Source of the DNA: an uncultured Planctomycetaceae bacterium | GTDB taxonomy: Bacteria; Planctomycetota; Planctomycetia; Isosphaerales; Isosphaeraceae | NCBI GenBank assembly: GCA_963833985.1 | Contig: CAWIAD010000002.1 | Coordinates: 1,120,001-1,184,000 of the forward strand | DNA: 64,000 nt | Direction of reading: 5' to 3' | In this document: piece after piece, positions 32,415 through 44,186 of the stretch | Numbering within the stretch: the first letter of the stretch is position 1 | How the letters are laid out: each line of letters begins with the position of its first letter | Notes under the pieces: model-generated | The model's database searches: none | Seen by the model: the letters and a program-made list of their open reading frames with translations, nothing else | What the model was told of the DNA's origin: nothing | Translations under genes and position numbers: made by a program

Positions 32415-32954
32415 ATGAGACCGTCCCGGTATACGATTGGCCAGGTCATGCTGGTGATCGCGGTGTTCGCGGGCTTGCTCGCCGCGCCTCGGATGGCCGT
32501 GTCGTCGGATCGCGTGGTCATGGTCTGCGTAGTCGGGCTGCTCACGGCCCTGGTCGTGCTCAACGTGGTGGTGGAGACGTTCGTGGGCAAGGTCTGCCCG
32601 GCGTGCGCGCAACTGGCGCTGCGCCGGCTGGCCCGGCATCGCCGCTACTACGGTTGCCTGGCATGCGGGGGACGGTTCAAGCGGTATGGCCTGGGTCCCT
32701 GGCAGGACGCGTCCGGGCCCGAAGACGCGGCCAGGTTCCGAAGGCCGGCCGGGCCTGGCATGTGGAAGGGGTTCACGGTACCGCAAGAGCTTGGCGCGAC
32801 GACCAGCGGCCGGCTGCTTCAGAGCAAGCGAACCGGCGAGCTGGCCGACACGGGGGCTCATCCGACACACGCATCGGAGCAGGCGCACAGCCTCGCAGAG
32901 GCGTCGCGGAGAAGCCGCGCGGCGCTGGAGCACCTGAAGCGATGGCAAGGTTAG
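32415..32954 (+). CDS. Hypothetical membrane protein with zinc ribbon
   Basis: Planctomycete-type leader RYTIGQVMLVIAVFA, two hydrophobic helices, CPAC...CLAC. Confidence 0.65.
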   Translation: MRPSRYTIGQVMLVIAVFAGLLAAPRMAVSSDRVVMVCVVGLLTALVVLNVVVETFVGKVCPACAQLALRRLARHRRYYGCLACGGRFKRYGLGPWQDASGPEDAARFRRPAGPGMWKGFTVPQELGATTSGRLLQSKRTGELADTGAHPTHASEQAHSLAEASRRSRAALEHLKRWQG

Positions 32955-32980
32955 CGTTGCCGTTCCAGCGCCTTGGATCA

Positions 32981-33997
<1,017 letters not shown>

Positions 33998-34192
33998 GGT
34001 GCGTCTCCGGTTCAAGGTGATCGATCTCCGGTCCGAGATTTGACGATAGCCAGGCCCGCATGCCGACGCAAGCGCCGGCGCTTGCCGGCCTGGTGCCGCG
34101 GTTCGCGTGGTGGTTGCTCCGGTCCTTGCGCGGGGATAGCATCGAGGTTTGGGTCAGAGATCGATGAGGGTTCTGGCCCGGGAAGGAACGCC

Positions 34193-35668
34193 ATGAGATA
34201 CACTCGGCTCCTGCTGACGTGGCTGGCAATCGGAGCGGCCTGGACCGAGAATGAGGCCCGGTGCGACGACGCGGCGGGACACTTCGTCAGGGTCAGCCCG
34301 CGTGATCCGCGCTACTTCGAGACCGACGACGGCAAGCCCTATATTCCCAACGGACTGAACCTGATCTCGCCTCCGTGGACCCGGTCGCGCCGGCCGGAAG
34401 ACCGCCTGGCCGCGCTCGACCGCTGGCTGGGGAAGCTGGCCGCCCACGGCGGCAACCACATTCGCGTCTGGCTAAGCAACGAGTTCTACGAGGTGGAGCA
34501 CGAGCGCGCCGGCGAGTATGACGTGGAGCGCGCCCGGCGCATCGACGCGATGCTGGCGCTGGCCCGAAAGCACGGCATCCGGGTGAAGCTGACCATCGAG
34601 CATTTCCGGGAGATCGACCCGGCTCAGCCGCGCCAGCCGTGGGCGCTGAAGGCGCTGCATCATGGCTCGCGCGGCGGGCTGGCGAGGTCGGTGGAAGACT
34701 GGCTGGAATCGCCCCGGGCACGCCGGCAGTTCGTGGCCAAGCTCGAATTCTTTTCCAGCCGCTATCGCGACGAGCCCACCATCTACGGATGGGAACTCTG
34801 GAACGAGATGAACGCCGTCGTCGGCCGCGGCGATTACCTGGGCTGGACGAGCGCCATGCTGCCGGAGCTGCATCGGAACTTTCCCCGTCAGCTTGGCATG
34901 CAAAGCCTGGGCAGCTATGACAGCGAAGGCGTGCGCGAGACGTACCGGAAGCTTGCGCTCATGCCAGGCAACGACGTGGCGCAGGTGCATCGCTATCTCG
35001 ACATGAGTGCGCGGCTGGAAGTGTGCCACGGCCCGATTGACGAGCTGGCGGCCAGCGCGGTCTCCACGTTGCTTGGCTTCAAGCCGGGCCGGCCGGTCAT
35101 GCTGGCCGAGAGCGGGGCGGTCGAGCCCTCGCACAGCGGACCGTCGAAGCTCTACGCCAGGGACCAACGTGGAATCATCCTGCACGACATTCTCTTTGCG
35201 CCCTTCTTCGCGGGCGCGGCGGGTTCCGGTCAGTGCTGGCACTGGGATGAGTACGTCGAGGCCAACGACCTCTGGTGGCAGTTCGGCCGCTTCGCCTCGG
35301 CGGTCAAGAACCTCGACCCTCCCGCCGAGGGGTTTGAACCGGTGCGGCGTGACAACGACGCCTTGCGCGTCTACCTGCTGAAGGGCCGGCGCACCTGGCT
35401 CGCCTGGTGCCGCGACAGGGCCAGTCACTGGAAGACCGAGCTCGCCGACGGCATCGCTCCCCGGCCGCTACGAGGGTTGCGTCTGGACCTGGGCCTGCCA
35501 GCCGCATCCTCCGAGGACTGGGTGGGCGTGGTCTATGACCCGTGGACGGACCGCACTTCCAGGGCCGAGCGTAAGGACCACGCCATATTACTTCCGGATT
35601 TCACGCGTTCGATCGTGGTCAGGCTGGAGCGCGCCACGCCCACCAGCCCACCGCCCCGAGCCCGATAG
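34193..35668 (+). CDS. Clan GH-A (GH5-like) glycoside hydrolase, secreted
   Basis: GGNHIRVW, WELWNEMN (acid/base), QVHRY, PVMLAESG (nucleophile), WHWD; signal peptide. Confidence 0.75.
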   Translation: MRYTRLLLTWLAIGAAWTENEARCDDAAGHFVRVSPRDPRYFETDDGKPYIPNGLNLISPPWTRSRRPEDRLAALDRWLGKLAAHGGNHIRVWLSNEFYEVEHERAGEYDVERARRIDAMLALARKHGIRVKLTIEHFREIDPAQPRQPWALKALHHGSRGGLARSVEDWLESPRARRQFVAKLEFFSSRYRDEPTIYGWELWNEMNAVVGRGDYLGWTSAMLPELHRNFPRQLGMQSLGSYDSEGVRETYRKLALMPGNDVAQVHRYLDMSARLEVCHGPIDELAASAVSTLLGFKPGRPVMLAESGAVEPSHSGPSKLYARDQRGIILHDILFAPFFAGAAGSGQCWHWDEYVEANDLWWQFGRFASAVKNLDPPAEGFEPVRRDNDALRVYLLKGRRTWLAWCRDRASHWKTELADGIAPRPLRGLRLDLGLPAASSEDWVGVVYDPWTDRTSRAERKDHAILLPDFTRSIVVRLERATPTSPPPRAR

Positions 35669-35682
35669 AAAGATGCATTGCC

Positions 35683-37947
35683 ATGCGCAGACACTTCGTG
35701 CCGTACGCTCTCGGGATGCTGGGAGCCATGCTCGTGTGCTGGGCTTCGTGGGGTCATGGCCAGACCGGCAAGGAGCCGACCGCGCGCACCTGGCACTTCG
35801 ATGCGGCCGACGACTTGAAGGCGTGGAAGGCCGCCGGCGACGTGGCCGTTGACACGGGGCACGGACGCGCGGGACCGGGGGGCGCATTGCGCGTGGGTCC
35901 GCGCAGCACGGCGGTGCTGACGCTGCGCGCGGCCGACGCATCCGGAAAGGTTGAGTTCTGGGTTCGTGACGATGGCACGCGGCCGGCGAATCCCAGGGCC
36001 TCACGGCTGGGGCCGCGCTGGGGCCTGGTGCAGAACGACGGCCGCGTGCTGGCGGTGGGAATTCTTTACGCGAGCTACCTGGGCGGCGACGAAGGCTACA
36101 CGGCGTCGGCCCGCGCGGGTCCGGCGGCGAACTGGTTCGACCGGCTCTTCTGGCTGGGAGTAAATCGAGCGCCCGCCGGCTGGCATAAATGGACCTTCGA
36201 CTTCGATGCCGAGGCCGGCTTGCAGGTCTTCCACAATGACCGCGAGCTGGGCGCAATCGATCCCGGCAAGACGGGTCTGCGCGGCTTCAGCGGGGTTGCC
36301 GTCTGGGGCGACGAGGGCCCGGGGCCGGGGCAGTCGATCTGGGTGGACGACCTCTCGGTCACCCTTGGCGGGCCGGCCAGGCTGGTCGAGGCGGTCGAGG
36401 CCGATCCCTACGCAGCGAGCACGACCGCTCATGAAGCCCGCTGGCCGGTCGTCATGTACCGCCGGGAAGACACGCCCGCCACCCCCGCGCTGGAGGACTT
36501 GCCTCTGCGGGAGAGCGTCTCACAGTACGGCATCACCTGGACGTTCGATCGGCCCGCGCGGGTCGGGCATTTCGTCAACGGCGACTGGTACGTGGTCGGG
36601 CCGGTGACGGTGAAGGCGATCGACCCCCGGCCGCTGTACGGCAGCGAGATCCCCAGGCGCGAGCTGGACCAGGTGGACAGGGAGCACCCGCCAGCAGAGC
36701 GCGTGCGCAACGGGTTCATGCTCGATCCGCCGGCGCGGATGAAGGTGGCGTATGACAGCGGGGTGCGGAACTGGTTCGACCCCGGCATGGTGCAGAAGCT
36801 GCCCGTGGCCATGAAGCCCGGCGCAGCGCTGGTATCCACGATCAGCATGCCGAAGGGCCTGATCCTGCATGCCCCGTTGCGGAACAAGATCGAGCGCGGG
36901 GTGGACGACAGCAGCCCGATCCGGACCGCGGCCGTTCTCACCTGCGTGGCGCGGTCGCTGCCTCCGGACGCGTTCCGGCCGGCCTTCTGCGCGGGCGGGC
37001 AGCCGATCCTGCTGGCACGCAACCTGAGGCGCGACCTCCTGCCCCGGGCGGCGCGCACCCGGAGCATGCCCCGCGTCGAGCAATACGTCCGGTTCACCGA
37101 ACGCCCCTGGGTGGGAACGTGCTTCTTCGGCTTCGAGGAGCCCGTCGAGAACATGCCGCAATACGGCCTGGAGTACGGCAGGGTGACGGGAATCTCCGCA
37201 CTCCTCCTGTGCACGGACCTGAAACCCGAGGAGAAGGAGCCTTTGCTTCTGAACTTCGTGCAGGTGGGCATCGATCTGGCGGGGATGGTGAGCGCGGGCC
37301 ATCCGGGCTGGCCGGGCTGGGGCGGGCACGGCAGCGGTCGCAAGCTGCCGATCATCTTCGCCGGTCTGCTGCTGGGAATCGATGACTGGGCCCGGATCAA
37401 CACCGCCTTCCCCAAGGTGAGCTTCGGCGAGGACGAGCAAACCGCTTACGGGCCCGGCTGGACTGGCGCCACGGTGGTGTTCGCGGGACATTCCGGGATC
37501 GATGCCGCCACCGGGGCCGGCCGCGACCGCGGACGCGGAGGCGCCTGGGGCCCGTACGAGCACATGGACCCGTCGCAGTGGAAGGAGGGGCAGAACACCA
37601 GCGAGTCCTACCGCCGTTGCTGCACCAGCGTCGGCTGGGTGGCGCAGGCGCTGGCCCTCCGGCTGCTGCATGCCGAGCACGCCTGGGGCCACGATGCCTT
37701 CTTCGATTACGTCGATCGCTGGATGTCTGAGGATGACGCCGCGTTCGTGAAGATCATCAAGCAGGCCACGGGTCATGACCACGACCAGGAGTGGTCTCGC
37801 CAGGGCCAGGCCTGGGACCCATTCGTCAACGAGATGTGGGCCCGGCACCGGGGAACTCTGGATGCCCACGGCGACGGCTGGAAGCAGCCGCACGACGACT
37901 CGTATTACAAGGCGGCGCTCAAGAAGTCCGCCAGTCAGGCACGGTAG
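35683..37947 (+). CDS. Secreted hypothetical protein, 754 aa
   Basis: Long ORF with typical codon usage and signal peptide, 14 bp after the GH5-like gene; Trp-rich beta-sandwich-like N-terminal part. Confidence 0.75.
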   Translation: MRRHFVPYALGMLGAMLVCWASWGHGQTGKEPTARTWHFDAADDLKAWKAAGDVAVDTGHGRAGPGGALRVGPRSTAVLTLRAADASGKVEFWVRDDGTRPANPRASRLGPRWGLVQNDGRVLAVGILYASYLGGDEGYTASARAGPAANWFDRLFWLGVNRAPAGWHKWTFDFDAEAGLQVFHNDRELGAIDPGKTGLRGFSGVAVWGDEGPGPGQSIWVDDLSVTLGGPARLVEAVEADPYAASTTAHEARWPVVMYRREDTPATPALEDLPLRESVSQYGITWTFDRPARVGHFVNGDWYVVGPVTVKAIDPRPLYGSEIPRRELDQVDREHPPAERVRNGFMLDPPARMKVAYDSGVRNWFDPGMVQKLPVAMKPGAALVSTISMPKGLILHAPLRNKIERGVDDSSPIRTAAVLTCVARSLPPDAFRPAFCAGGQPILLARNLRRDLLPRAARTRSMPRVEQYVRFTERPWVGTCFFGFEEPVENMPQYGLEYGRVTGISALLLCTDLKPEEKEPLLLNFVQVGIDLAGMVSAGHPGWPGWGGHGSGRKLPIIFAGLLLGIDDWARINTAFPKVSFGEDEQTAYGPGWTGATVVFAGHSGIDAATGAGRDRGRGGAWGPYEHMDPSQWKEGQNTSESYRRCCTSVGWVAQALALRLLHAEHAWGHDAFFDYVDRWMSEDDAAFVKIIKQATGHDHDQEWSRQGQAWDPFVNEMWARHRGTLDAHGDGWKQPHDDSYYKAALKKSASQAR

Positions 37948-37978
37948 ACGCGCCGGGGAGCGTGCTTCCCGCAACGGG

Positions 37979-39187
37979 TCACGCAGCCGTCGAGGGAATC
38001 AATTCCACCTTCACCCACCCGGGCCGGTGCTCGGCGAATGTCCTGTAAGCGTCGATCACCGAGGTGAGCGGCAGCCGCTGGGTGAGCACCTTGAGCGGGT
38101 CGACGGTGCCATTGCGGACCAGTCCCACCAGGTGGGGGATGATCCGGCGATGATTGCAGTTGCCCATCTTGACGGTCAGGTTCTTGTTCATCGCCAGGCC
38201 GATGGGGAACGACATCATCGTGGGCGGATAGACGCCAATCACCGCGAGCGTGCCGGCCTTGGCCAGCGCGGTGACGGCCCACTGGAGGGCCTGTGATGGG
38301 GCGTCGCCCGGCAGCCAGTCTTTGTCCGGACGGGCACCGATCTGTTCCAGTTCCTGTTTGTATTGCTTCTGCGAGGCCCGGTCCGCCTGACCGGGGCCCT
38401 GCTCGGCCTGGTAGGCGTCGACCCCCACGGCATCGATGGCGCGGTCCACGCCAATCTTCCCGGTCAGCCCGAGAATAGCCGCGACGGGATCTTCCGCGTC
38501 GAAGTCGACGATCTCGGCGCCCAGCTCGCGCGCCATCCCCAGGCGGTCGGGTACGGAGTCCACGGCGATCACCCGCGACGCCCCCAGGTGCAGTGCCGAC
38601 CGGATCGCGAACAGGCCGACCGGTCCGCAGCCGAAGACCGCAACGTTATCGCCGGGAGCGGTCTCGGCGAGCTCGGCACCGAAGTAACCGGTGGGGAAGA
38701 TGTCCGAGATCAGGATCCCTTGCTCGTCGGTGATCTCTTCGGGGAGCTTGACCATGCCGACATTCGCGAAGGGAACGCGTGCGCGCTCGGCCTGTAGCCC
38801 TTGAAACGGGCCGGTTTGCTTCGGGCCGCCGTAAAAGGCGGTGCCGGCCAACGCCCCGTTGGGGTTGGCGTTATCGCACTGAGCCTGGTAGCCGGCGCGG
38901 CAGTACGAGCAGTAACCGCAGGCAATCGTCGAGGGAATCACAACGCGGTCACCGACCTGGAAATTCCGGACCTCCTTGCCCAGCTCCTCGACGATGCCCA
39001 CACCTTCATGACCCAGGATCGTACCGGGTTCCAGACCGGGCACGGTGCCTCGAACGAAGTGCAGGTCAGTGCCGCAGATGGCGCTTGCCGTGAGCCGGAC
39101 GACGGCATCCGTGGGGTCCTTGATTCGGGGTTCCGGCACCCGCTCGAGCCGGATATCGCCAACGGCATGGAATACAACCGCGTTCAT
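37979..39187 (-). CDS. Zinc-dependent alcohol/formaldehyde dehydrogenase (MDR family)
   Basis: AICGTDLH, LGHEGVG, CGYCSYC...C, SDIFPTG, GCGPVG. Confidence 0.92.
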   Translation of the reverse strand: MNAVVFHAVGDIRLERVPEPRIKDPTDAVVRLTASAICGTDLHFVRGTVPGLEPGTILGHEGVGIVEELGKEVRNFQVGDRVVIPSTIACGYCSYCRAGYQAQCDNANPNGALAGTAFYGGPKQTGPFQGLQAERARVPFANVGMVKLPEEITDEQGILISDIFPTGYFGAELAETAPGDNVAVFGCGPVGLFAIRSALHLGASRVIAVDSVPDRLGMARELGAEIVDFDAEDPVAAILGLTGKIGVDRAIDAVGVDAYQAEQGPGQADRASQKQYKQELEQIGARPDKDWLPGDAPSQALQWAVTALAKAGTLAVIGVYPPTMMSFPIGLAMNKNLTVKMGNCNHRRIIPHLVGLVRNGTVDPLKVLTQRLPLTSVIDAYRTFAEHRPGWVKVELIPSTAA

Positions 39188-39336
39188 GAGGCACGTTCCT
39201 TGATCCGGATGTTGAGCGGGAGTGTCCGCGGCATGGCGCGGGCTGCTGGGAATGGCTTGTATCGAAGGGCCGCAAGACGAGAGAGAGAGTCGCGCTTGCG
39301 CCGGTGCTCCCTCTCCCGCTAGTGCTTGAATCAGGT

Positions 39337-39852
39337 TCATGACGAACTGGCGGCGCTGACGTTGACCGAGGACTCCGCGATCCTGGTCAGTTTCTCGTCG
39401 CAGGCGGACTCCTCGTCCAGTGTTCTCTGAAGAACCTGGGCGATCTCGTCATGCCCCAGATGCTGGGCGAGCGTCCGCGCGGTGCCGTAGCCGGAGATCT
39501 CATAGTGCTCGACGCGCTGGGCGGCCGCGATGAGAGCGGCGTCCTTGATTTCCGCCTTGCCGCGGGCGCTGATCGCCTCCTCGCCCTCGCTGATGAGACC
39601 CTTCATCGCCTCGCAGGTCTCTCGCTTGGGACTCTGGTTCATCGACGCGAAGACCTTCTCCAGGCGCGCCACGTGTTGCTCGGTTTCGCGGAGGTGGGAT
39701 TCGAAGGCGGACTTGAGATGGCCGCTCGATGCGGCCTCGGCCATTTTCGGCAGGGCCTTGGTCAGCCTTTGCTCCGCGTCGTAAAGGTCCCGGATCTGAG
39801 CGACGAAGAGATCGTCGAGTGAATTCAAGGTCATGCTGGAAAACAGTCCCAT
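39337..39852 (-). CDS. yciF: Ferritin-like DUF892 stress protein (YciE/YciF family)
   Basis: DLYDAEQRL, HLRETEQHVARLE, CEAMKGLISE, AQRVEHYEISGYG. Confidence 0.9.
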   Translation of the reverse strand: MGLFSSMTLNSLDDLFVAQIRDLYDAEQRLTKALPKMAEAASSGHLKSAFESHLRETEQHVARLEKVFASMNQSPKRETCEAMKGLISEGEEAISARGKAEIKDAALIAAAQRVEHYEISGYGTARTLAQHLGHDEIAQVLQRTLDEESACDEKLTRIAESSVNVSAASSS

Positions 39853-40002
39853 GAGCAGCTCCCGAGAAAAACTTCGGCACCCTCAACTGGCCGGCAGGGA
39901 AGCCCGGAACACAAGACGCGGCCGGCGTCGCGACAGAGGCCATCTCGTTCTCTGCTACAAACCCGATGCCGCAATCCATGCGATTTTCTTAATGTGTTGC
40001 GG

Positions 40003-40854
40003 CTACCCGTTCACCACCTCACCACCGTTTGGATGCAAGATTTGCCCGGTCATGTAAGAGGCATCGTCGGAGGCGAGGAAGACGAAGCAAGGGGCCACTT
40101 CCTCCGGCTGACCGGGTCGTTTCATGGGCACATCCGATCCGAACTTCTCAACCTTTTCCGCGGGAAACGTGGAGGGGATGAGCGGGGTCCAGATTGGCCC
40201 CGGCGCCACGGCGTTGACGCGTATTCCCTTGTCGGCCAGAGCACTCGATAACGACCGGGTGAAGGCGACGATGGCACCCTTGGTGGACGAGTAGTCCAGC
40301 AGCATGCGGTTCCCCTGGTAGGCCGTCACCGAGGTTGTGTTGACGATGGCGGACCCGGCCTTGAGGTGCGGCAAGGCCGCCTTGGTCATGAAGAACTGCG
40401 AGAAGATGTTCGTGCGGAAGGTGCGTTCGAGCTGCTCGGCGGTGATGTTTTCGATGGAGTCCTGAGGGTGCTGCTCGGCGGCGTTGTTCACAAGAATGTC
40501 CAGGCCTCCCAGCTCTTCCGCGGTCTGCCGCACAGCGCGCTGGCAGAACGATTCATCGCCGACGTCTCCGGCGATGAGAATGCACCGGCGTCCCTCACGC
40601 TCCACCAGCCGCTTCGCCTCCTGAGCGTCCTCATGCTCGTTCAGGTAGACGATCGCGCAGTCGCATTCCTCCCTGGCGAAGAGGATCGCCACGGCACGGC
40701 CGATGCCGCTGTCCCCCCCGGTGATGAGTGCGACCTTGTCTCTCAGCTTTCCCGAGCCACGGTACGACCGATCGTCGGCCGCCGGTCTGGGAACCATCTC
40801 AGACTCGCGCCCGGGTTGCTGATTCTGTGTCTGGGGAGGAGGCGTCAGGCCCAT
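40003..40854 (-). CDS. SDR oxidoreductase, general-stress YdaD/YghA type
   Basis: PPQTQNQQPGRE, YRGSGKL, TGGDSGIGRA, NNAAEQ, YSSTK, PGPIWTPL. Confidence 0.92.
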   Translation of the reverse strand: MGLTPPPQTQNQQPGRESEMVPRPAADDRSYRGSGKLRDKVALITGGDSGIGRAVAILFAREECDCAIVYLNEHEDAQEAKRLVEREGRRCILIAGDVGDESFCQRAVRQTAEELGGLDILVNNAAEQHPQDSIENITAEQLERTFRTNIFSQFFMTKAALPHLKAGSAIVNTTSVTAYQGNRMLLDYSSTKGAIVAFTRSLSSALADKGIRVNAVAPGPIWTPLIPSTFPAEKVEKFGSDVPMKRPGQPEEVAPCFVFLASDDASYMTGQILHPNGGEVVNG

Positions 40855-41139
40855 TGAGATTCCACCTGGAGGAGTGTGCATCAAGGTTTTCATGCCGGAA
40901 TGGCGTGCCGGTTTGACGACCGGATTTCCCTTCTTCGTGCAAAGGGAGTGCCGAGCCGCAAGTCGCGCAGACCTCAGGCATATCTCATGAAACGCTTCAA
41001 ATCCGTTTTGAAAAACGGCCGATGAAGCGGCGGGCAGGTGGTGGTGATACGGACGTCCTGAACGCCTGGTGCCGTCCGCTCAGCTCGTTAAAAAGAACGC
41101 ACCAAGGCGAGCTCGTCCGGCGCGAGACCATGCCGGCAC

Positions 41140-41750
41140 TCAGTAATGGGCGGTCATGGTTGCGAGCGTTTTTTGTAATTCGACGATGAAGCGCTCGAGC
41201 TGGGCTTGCGCCATGGGGGTCGCGTGCTTTCAGGGAGGGGAGCGTCTCCCGTGCCACTTCCGTGAGCTTGTTCCGCGCATCGACCACGTGCCGGATGGTG
41301 GCTTCTCCGTAAGTCGCGTGCTCGCTGACCACCTGGCCGACCGCCTGCTCCGCGGCTTTCCGCGCCGTCAGTAGACGCGCATCGCCGGACATCGCCCCGG
41401 GCCAGAGCACCTTGCCATCCTCCGTGAGCAGGCGATCACGTGGAACCGTGGGAAGAATGCGGGGTGGAGCATGATGCGCGGCCGGTGCGCCGTTCCAGCC
41501 GGGCAGCGACGTGATGGCCTGGATCAGCGGACCGAAGCTGGTGACCGTCTGCGCGGGCGGGGGCACGCCAGTAGTGCGGCGTGCGGTAGTTATAGTAACC
41601 CGAGGGCCAGCCAGCCGACCGGAACGTCCCGGAGACGCCCGGCCGGTAGCCGGGTTGCTGGTAAGGCCGGACCTGCGCCTGGCATGGCCAGGCGCAGACC
41701 GCCGTCATCCCGAAGACGGCCCAGTAGAATCGAGTGCGAATTTGGATCAT
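41140..41750 (-). CDS. Secreted hypothetical protein; two apparent indels (~41570, ~41205)
   Basis: Signal peptide and Y/G-rich start in ORF 41436..41771, central part in ORF 40997..41566, C-terminus LERFIVELQKTLATMTAHY-stop after a second shift. Confidence 0.5.
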
Positions 41751-41842
41751 GGCCGGGTCTCCTGGTTTCATTTTACCAGGGGCGCAGCCAGTGAGTCAGC
41801 GCCGCGACAACCAGCCATGACGGTCACCGCGCGGCAGCACGA

Positions 41843-42625
41843 TCAGAGCTCAACCGCGACGTTCGTCTGGGGTTCGCAAACCCGGATGCCGTCGCGCAGG
41901 TCGGCATGGTGAACCACCTGGTTCTTTCCGCTCGTCTTGGCGAAGCGCATGGCTTGAACCGAGCGATCGAGGATTTCCAGGGACGTCATGCCCGAGCACT
42001 CCAGCGTCGCGACGCCGAAGCTCGCGGTGACCGGCCTGGCCGGCCAGCTCGCGCCCTCGATCCCCCGGCGCAGGCGCTCGGCGATGCCGTGCGCATCGGT
42101 CTGATCGGTCGCCGGCAGCAGCACCGCGAATTCACCGCCTTCCAGGCGAGCCAGCACGTCGTACGCCCGCAGGTTGCGGTCGAGGTATCGTGCCAGATCC
42201 TGGAGCAATCGGTCACCGGCCGTGTCACTCACCTCCCGGTTGTACGACCGTAGCTCGTCCACATCCAGGACGATGGCCGACAGGAGAAGATTGTGGCGAA
42301 CCGCGAAGCTCCATGCCCCCTCCAGCTCCTCGCGGAACCTTGTCCGGTTCCGCAAGCCGGTCAGCTCGTCCCTCAAGCTCTGGCGCGACAGGCAGTCGAG
42401 GGCGAACCTCAGCTCGCGGCACTCCGCGCGCAACTGTGTGATCTCCGGATGCGTCCGCCCGGCTTGCTCCTCCTGCCCCTGGCCGGAAGTCTCGGTCGAG
42501 CATCGATCCGCTTGCGGCGCGACCGCGGTCGTGCACACCTCCGGGGGCTGCTGAGCGTCCATCCACGAAAGATCGAGGTGCAAGGGGCGTCCCATCTCCG
42601 GGTCGTGCGTCTGATCGTCTTGCAT
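41843..42625 (-). CDS. GGDEF-domain protein with degenerate active site (EGGEF)
   Basis: DELTGLRNR, IVLDVD, AGDRLL, RAYD I-site, RLEGGEFAVLL, VTASFGVA, AKTSGKN. Confidence 0.85.
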   Translation of the reverse strand: MQDDQTHDPEMGRPLHLDLSWMDAQQPPEVCTTAVAPQADRCSTETSGQGQEEQAGRTHPEITQLRAECRELRFALDCLSRQSLRDELTGLRNRTRFREELEGAWSFAVRHNLLLSAIVLDVDELRSYNREVSDTAGDRLLQDLARYLDRNLRAYDVLARLEGGEFAVLLPATDQTDAHGIAERLRRGIEGASWPARPVTASFGVATLECSGMTSLEILDRSVQAMRFAKTSGKNQVVHHADLRDGIRVCEPQTNVAVEL

Positions 42626-43131
42626 GGTGAAGGCAGCATCCTCTCGATGAATTCCGGGAAAGCAAGCTCACGAAATACCGGTTCTCCGCCGCGCAACGTT
42701 GCGACAACGCAACCAGAGGCGGCGGGTTCTACTCTCACCATAGGCCATCCCCGCGCAAACCTTGCCGCGACGCAACACGCGTGGCCCGGATGTGTCGAAA
42801 GAGCAACATGACGACGGGCTTCAGAGCCAGCACCGCAGAGCCGGGCCAGCACGCTTGACCCCGAGCGCCCGCTGCGGTGCAGCCTCCGCACGGCATGGCT
42901 GGGCAGTTCAGGCCAGGTGTACGGTCTGGCCGGAAACGGGCACGAGCACGGCACGCTTACCTGGCCTGAATCGACCAGCCCAATCCAGGTGGCCAGATTC
43001 ATCCAGTACAATCTTTGCATGCGTTGATCTTTTTATGGCGCGGGGAACCTCCGGCACAGTCTCTGCATGACGGACCTTCACGACCATCCCCGGGAATACG
43101 GTCGCCGGATGTTCGGTCTGGGTGGAACAGA

Positions 43132-43419
43132 ATGAAGCGAGAAATCGGTCGTCAGCGGCGCGTACCGGTCCCTGGTTTCACGAGCAGGTGCACTGACCGC
43201 TGGTGCGTCGCGTGCTGCCACCCGGCCGTACTGCTGTCGCTGTACCACTGTGGCCACTGTGACCGCGAGGTGTGCTCGATGTGCGTGGTGCACCCCGGAG
43301 AGACAGCGGAATTGCTTTGCCCTGAATGTGCCTGCGCGTACCAGGGTGCTGAGCCGGAGACCAGAGCGTATGTTGGCCCGAGCCATCTGGCAGGGAAACC
43401 TGCTGGTCCAGAAACATGA
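43132..43419 (+). CDS. Small Cys-rich putative zinc-finger protein; start uncertain
   Basis: CVAC...CGHC...CSMC...CPEC within about 45 aa; overlaps the start of ku. Confidence 0.5.
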   Translation: MKREIGRQRRVPVPGFTSRCTDRWCVACCHPAVLLSLYHCGHCDREVCSMCVVHPGETAELLCPECACAYQGAEPETRAYVGPSHLAGKPAGPET

Positions 43420-44153
43420 GGTTGCCGTGAAGCTTTACTCGGCGGTCACGGACCAGCAGATTCACTTCCACCTCCTGCACAGGAAAGATCGAACTCGACT
43501 CCAGCAGCGCATGGTGGACCGCGAGACGCAGCAACCCGTACCGCTTGACGAGGCCAGGAAGGCATTCGAGGCGGAAGGCGGCCAGTTCATCGAGGTGACC
43601 CGAGAGGAAATCGAGCAGGCCGTCCCTGCGGCCAGCCGCGCGCTCCGAGTCAGCCAGTTTGTGAACGGCAACGCCATTGACCTTCAGAGGTTTGACCGAC
43701 CCTACTACCTGGGCCCCGCGGGAGATTCCGAGACCGACTATTTCGCGCTGGTGCAGGCGCTCGAGCAGGCCGGTCTTGTGGGCATCACTTCATGGATCAT
43801 GCGTAAACACACGTATGTGGGTGCTCTCATCGCTCGGCTCGGTTACCTGATGCTGATCACGCTGCGGCATGACGCAGAAATCATTCCGGTCAACCTGCTG
43901 GAACCGCCCGAGGGTGCGGCAGCATCGGCCAGGGAGCGAGACATGGCCATGGCCCTCATCAAGGCGCTCTCGGACGAGTTCCGGCCCGAGAGCTACCACG
44001 ACGAGTATCACCAGCGGGTCCGTGAGCTGATCGACGCCAAGCGCGCCGGCAAGAAAGTGGCGGCCATGCCGGCGCGGCGCGCGGCAAGAGGCATCGCTGG
44101 AAGGATCGCTCCGGGCAAGCCTGCGGCAGGTGGCCGCCCAGCGCCGGAGCTGA
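43370..44153 (+). CDS. ku: Ku protein, paralog 1; frameshift at ~44078
   Basis: ARAIWQG, VKLYSAV, FHLLH, FDRPYYLGP, YHDEYHQRVRELIDAK; shifted frame gives the Ku-type tail SLEGSLRASL...stop at 44153. Confidence 0.88.
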
Positions 44154-44186
44154 GTTCTGACGGGCTCATTGTGCGGAGGATTCATC

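Noticed and set aside
39950..39975. Sigma54-like element upstream of yciF (minus strand CGGCATC-N4-TTGT)
   Set aside because: The -12 GC is not matched and I found no equivalent site upstream of the neighbouring stress genes.
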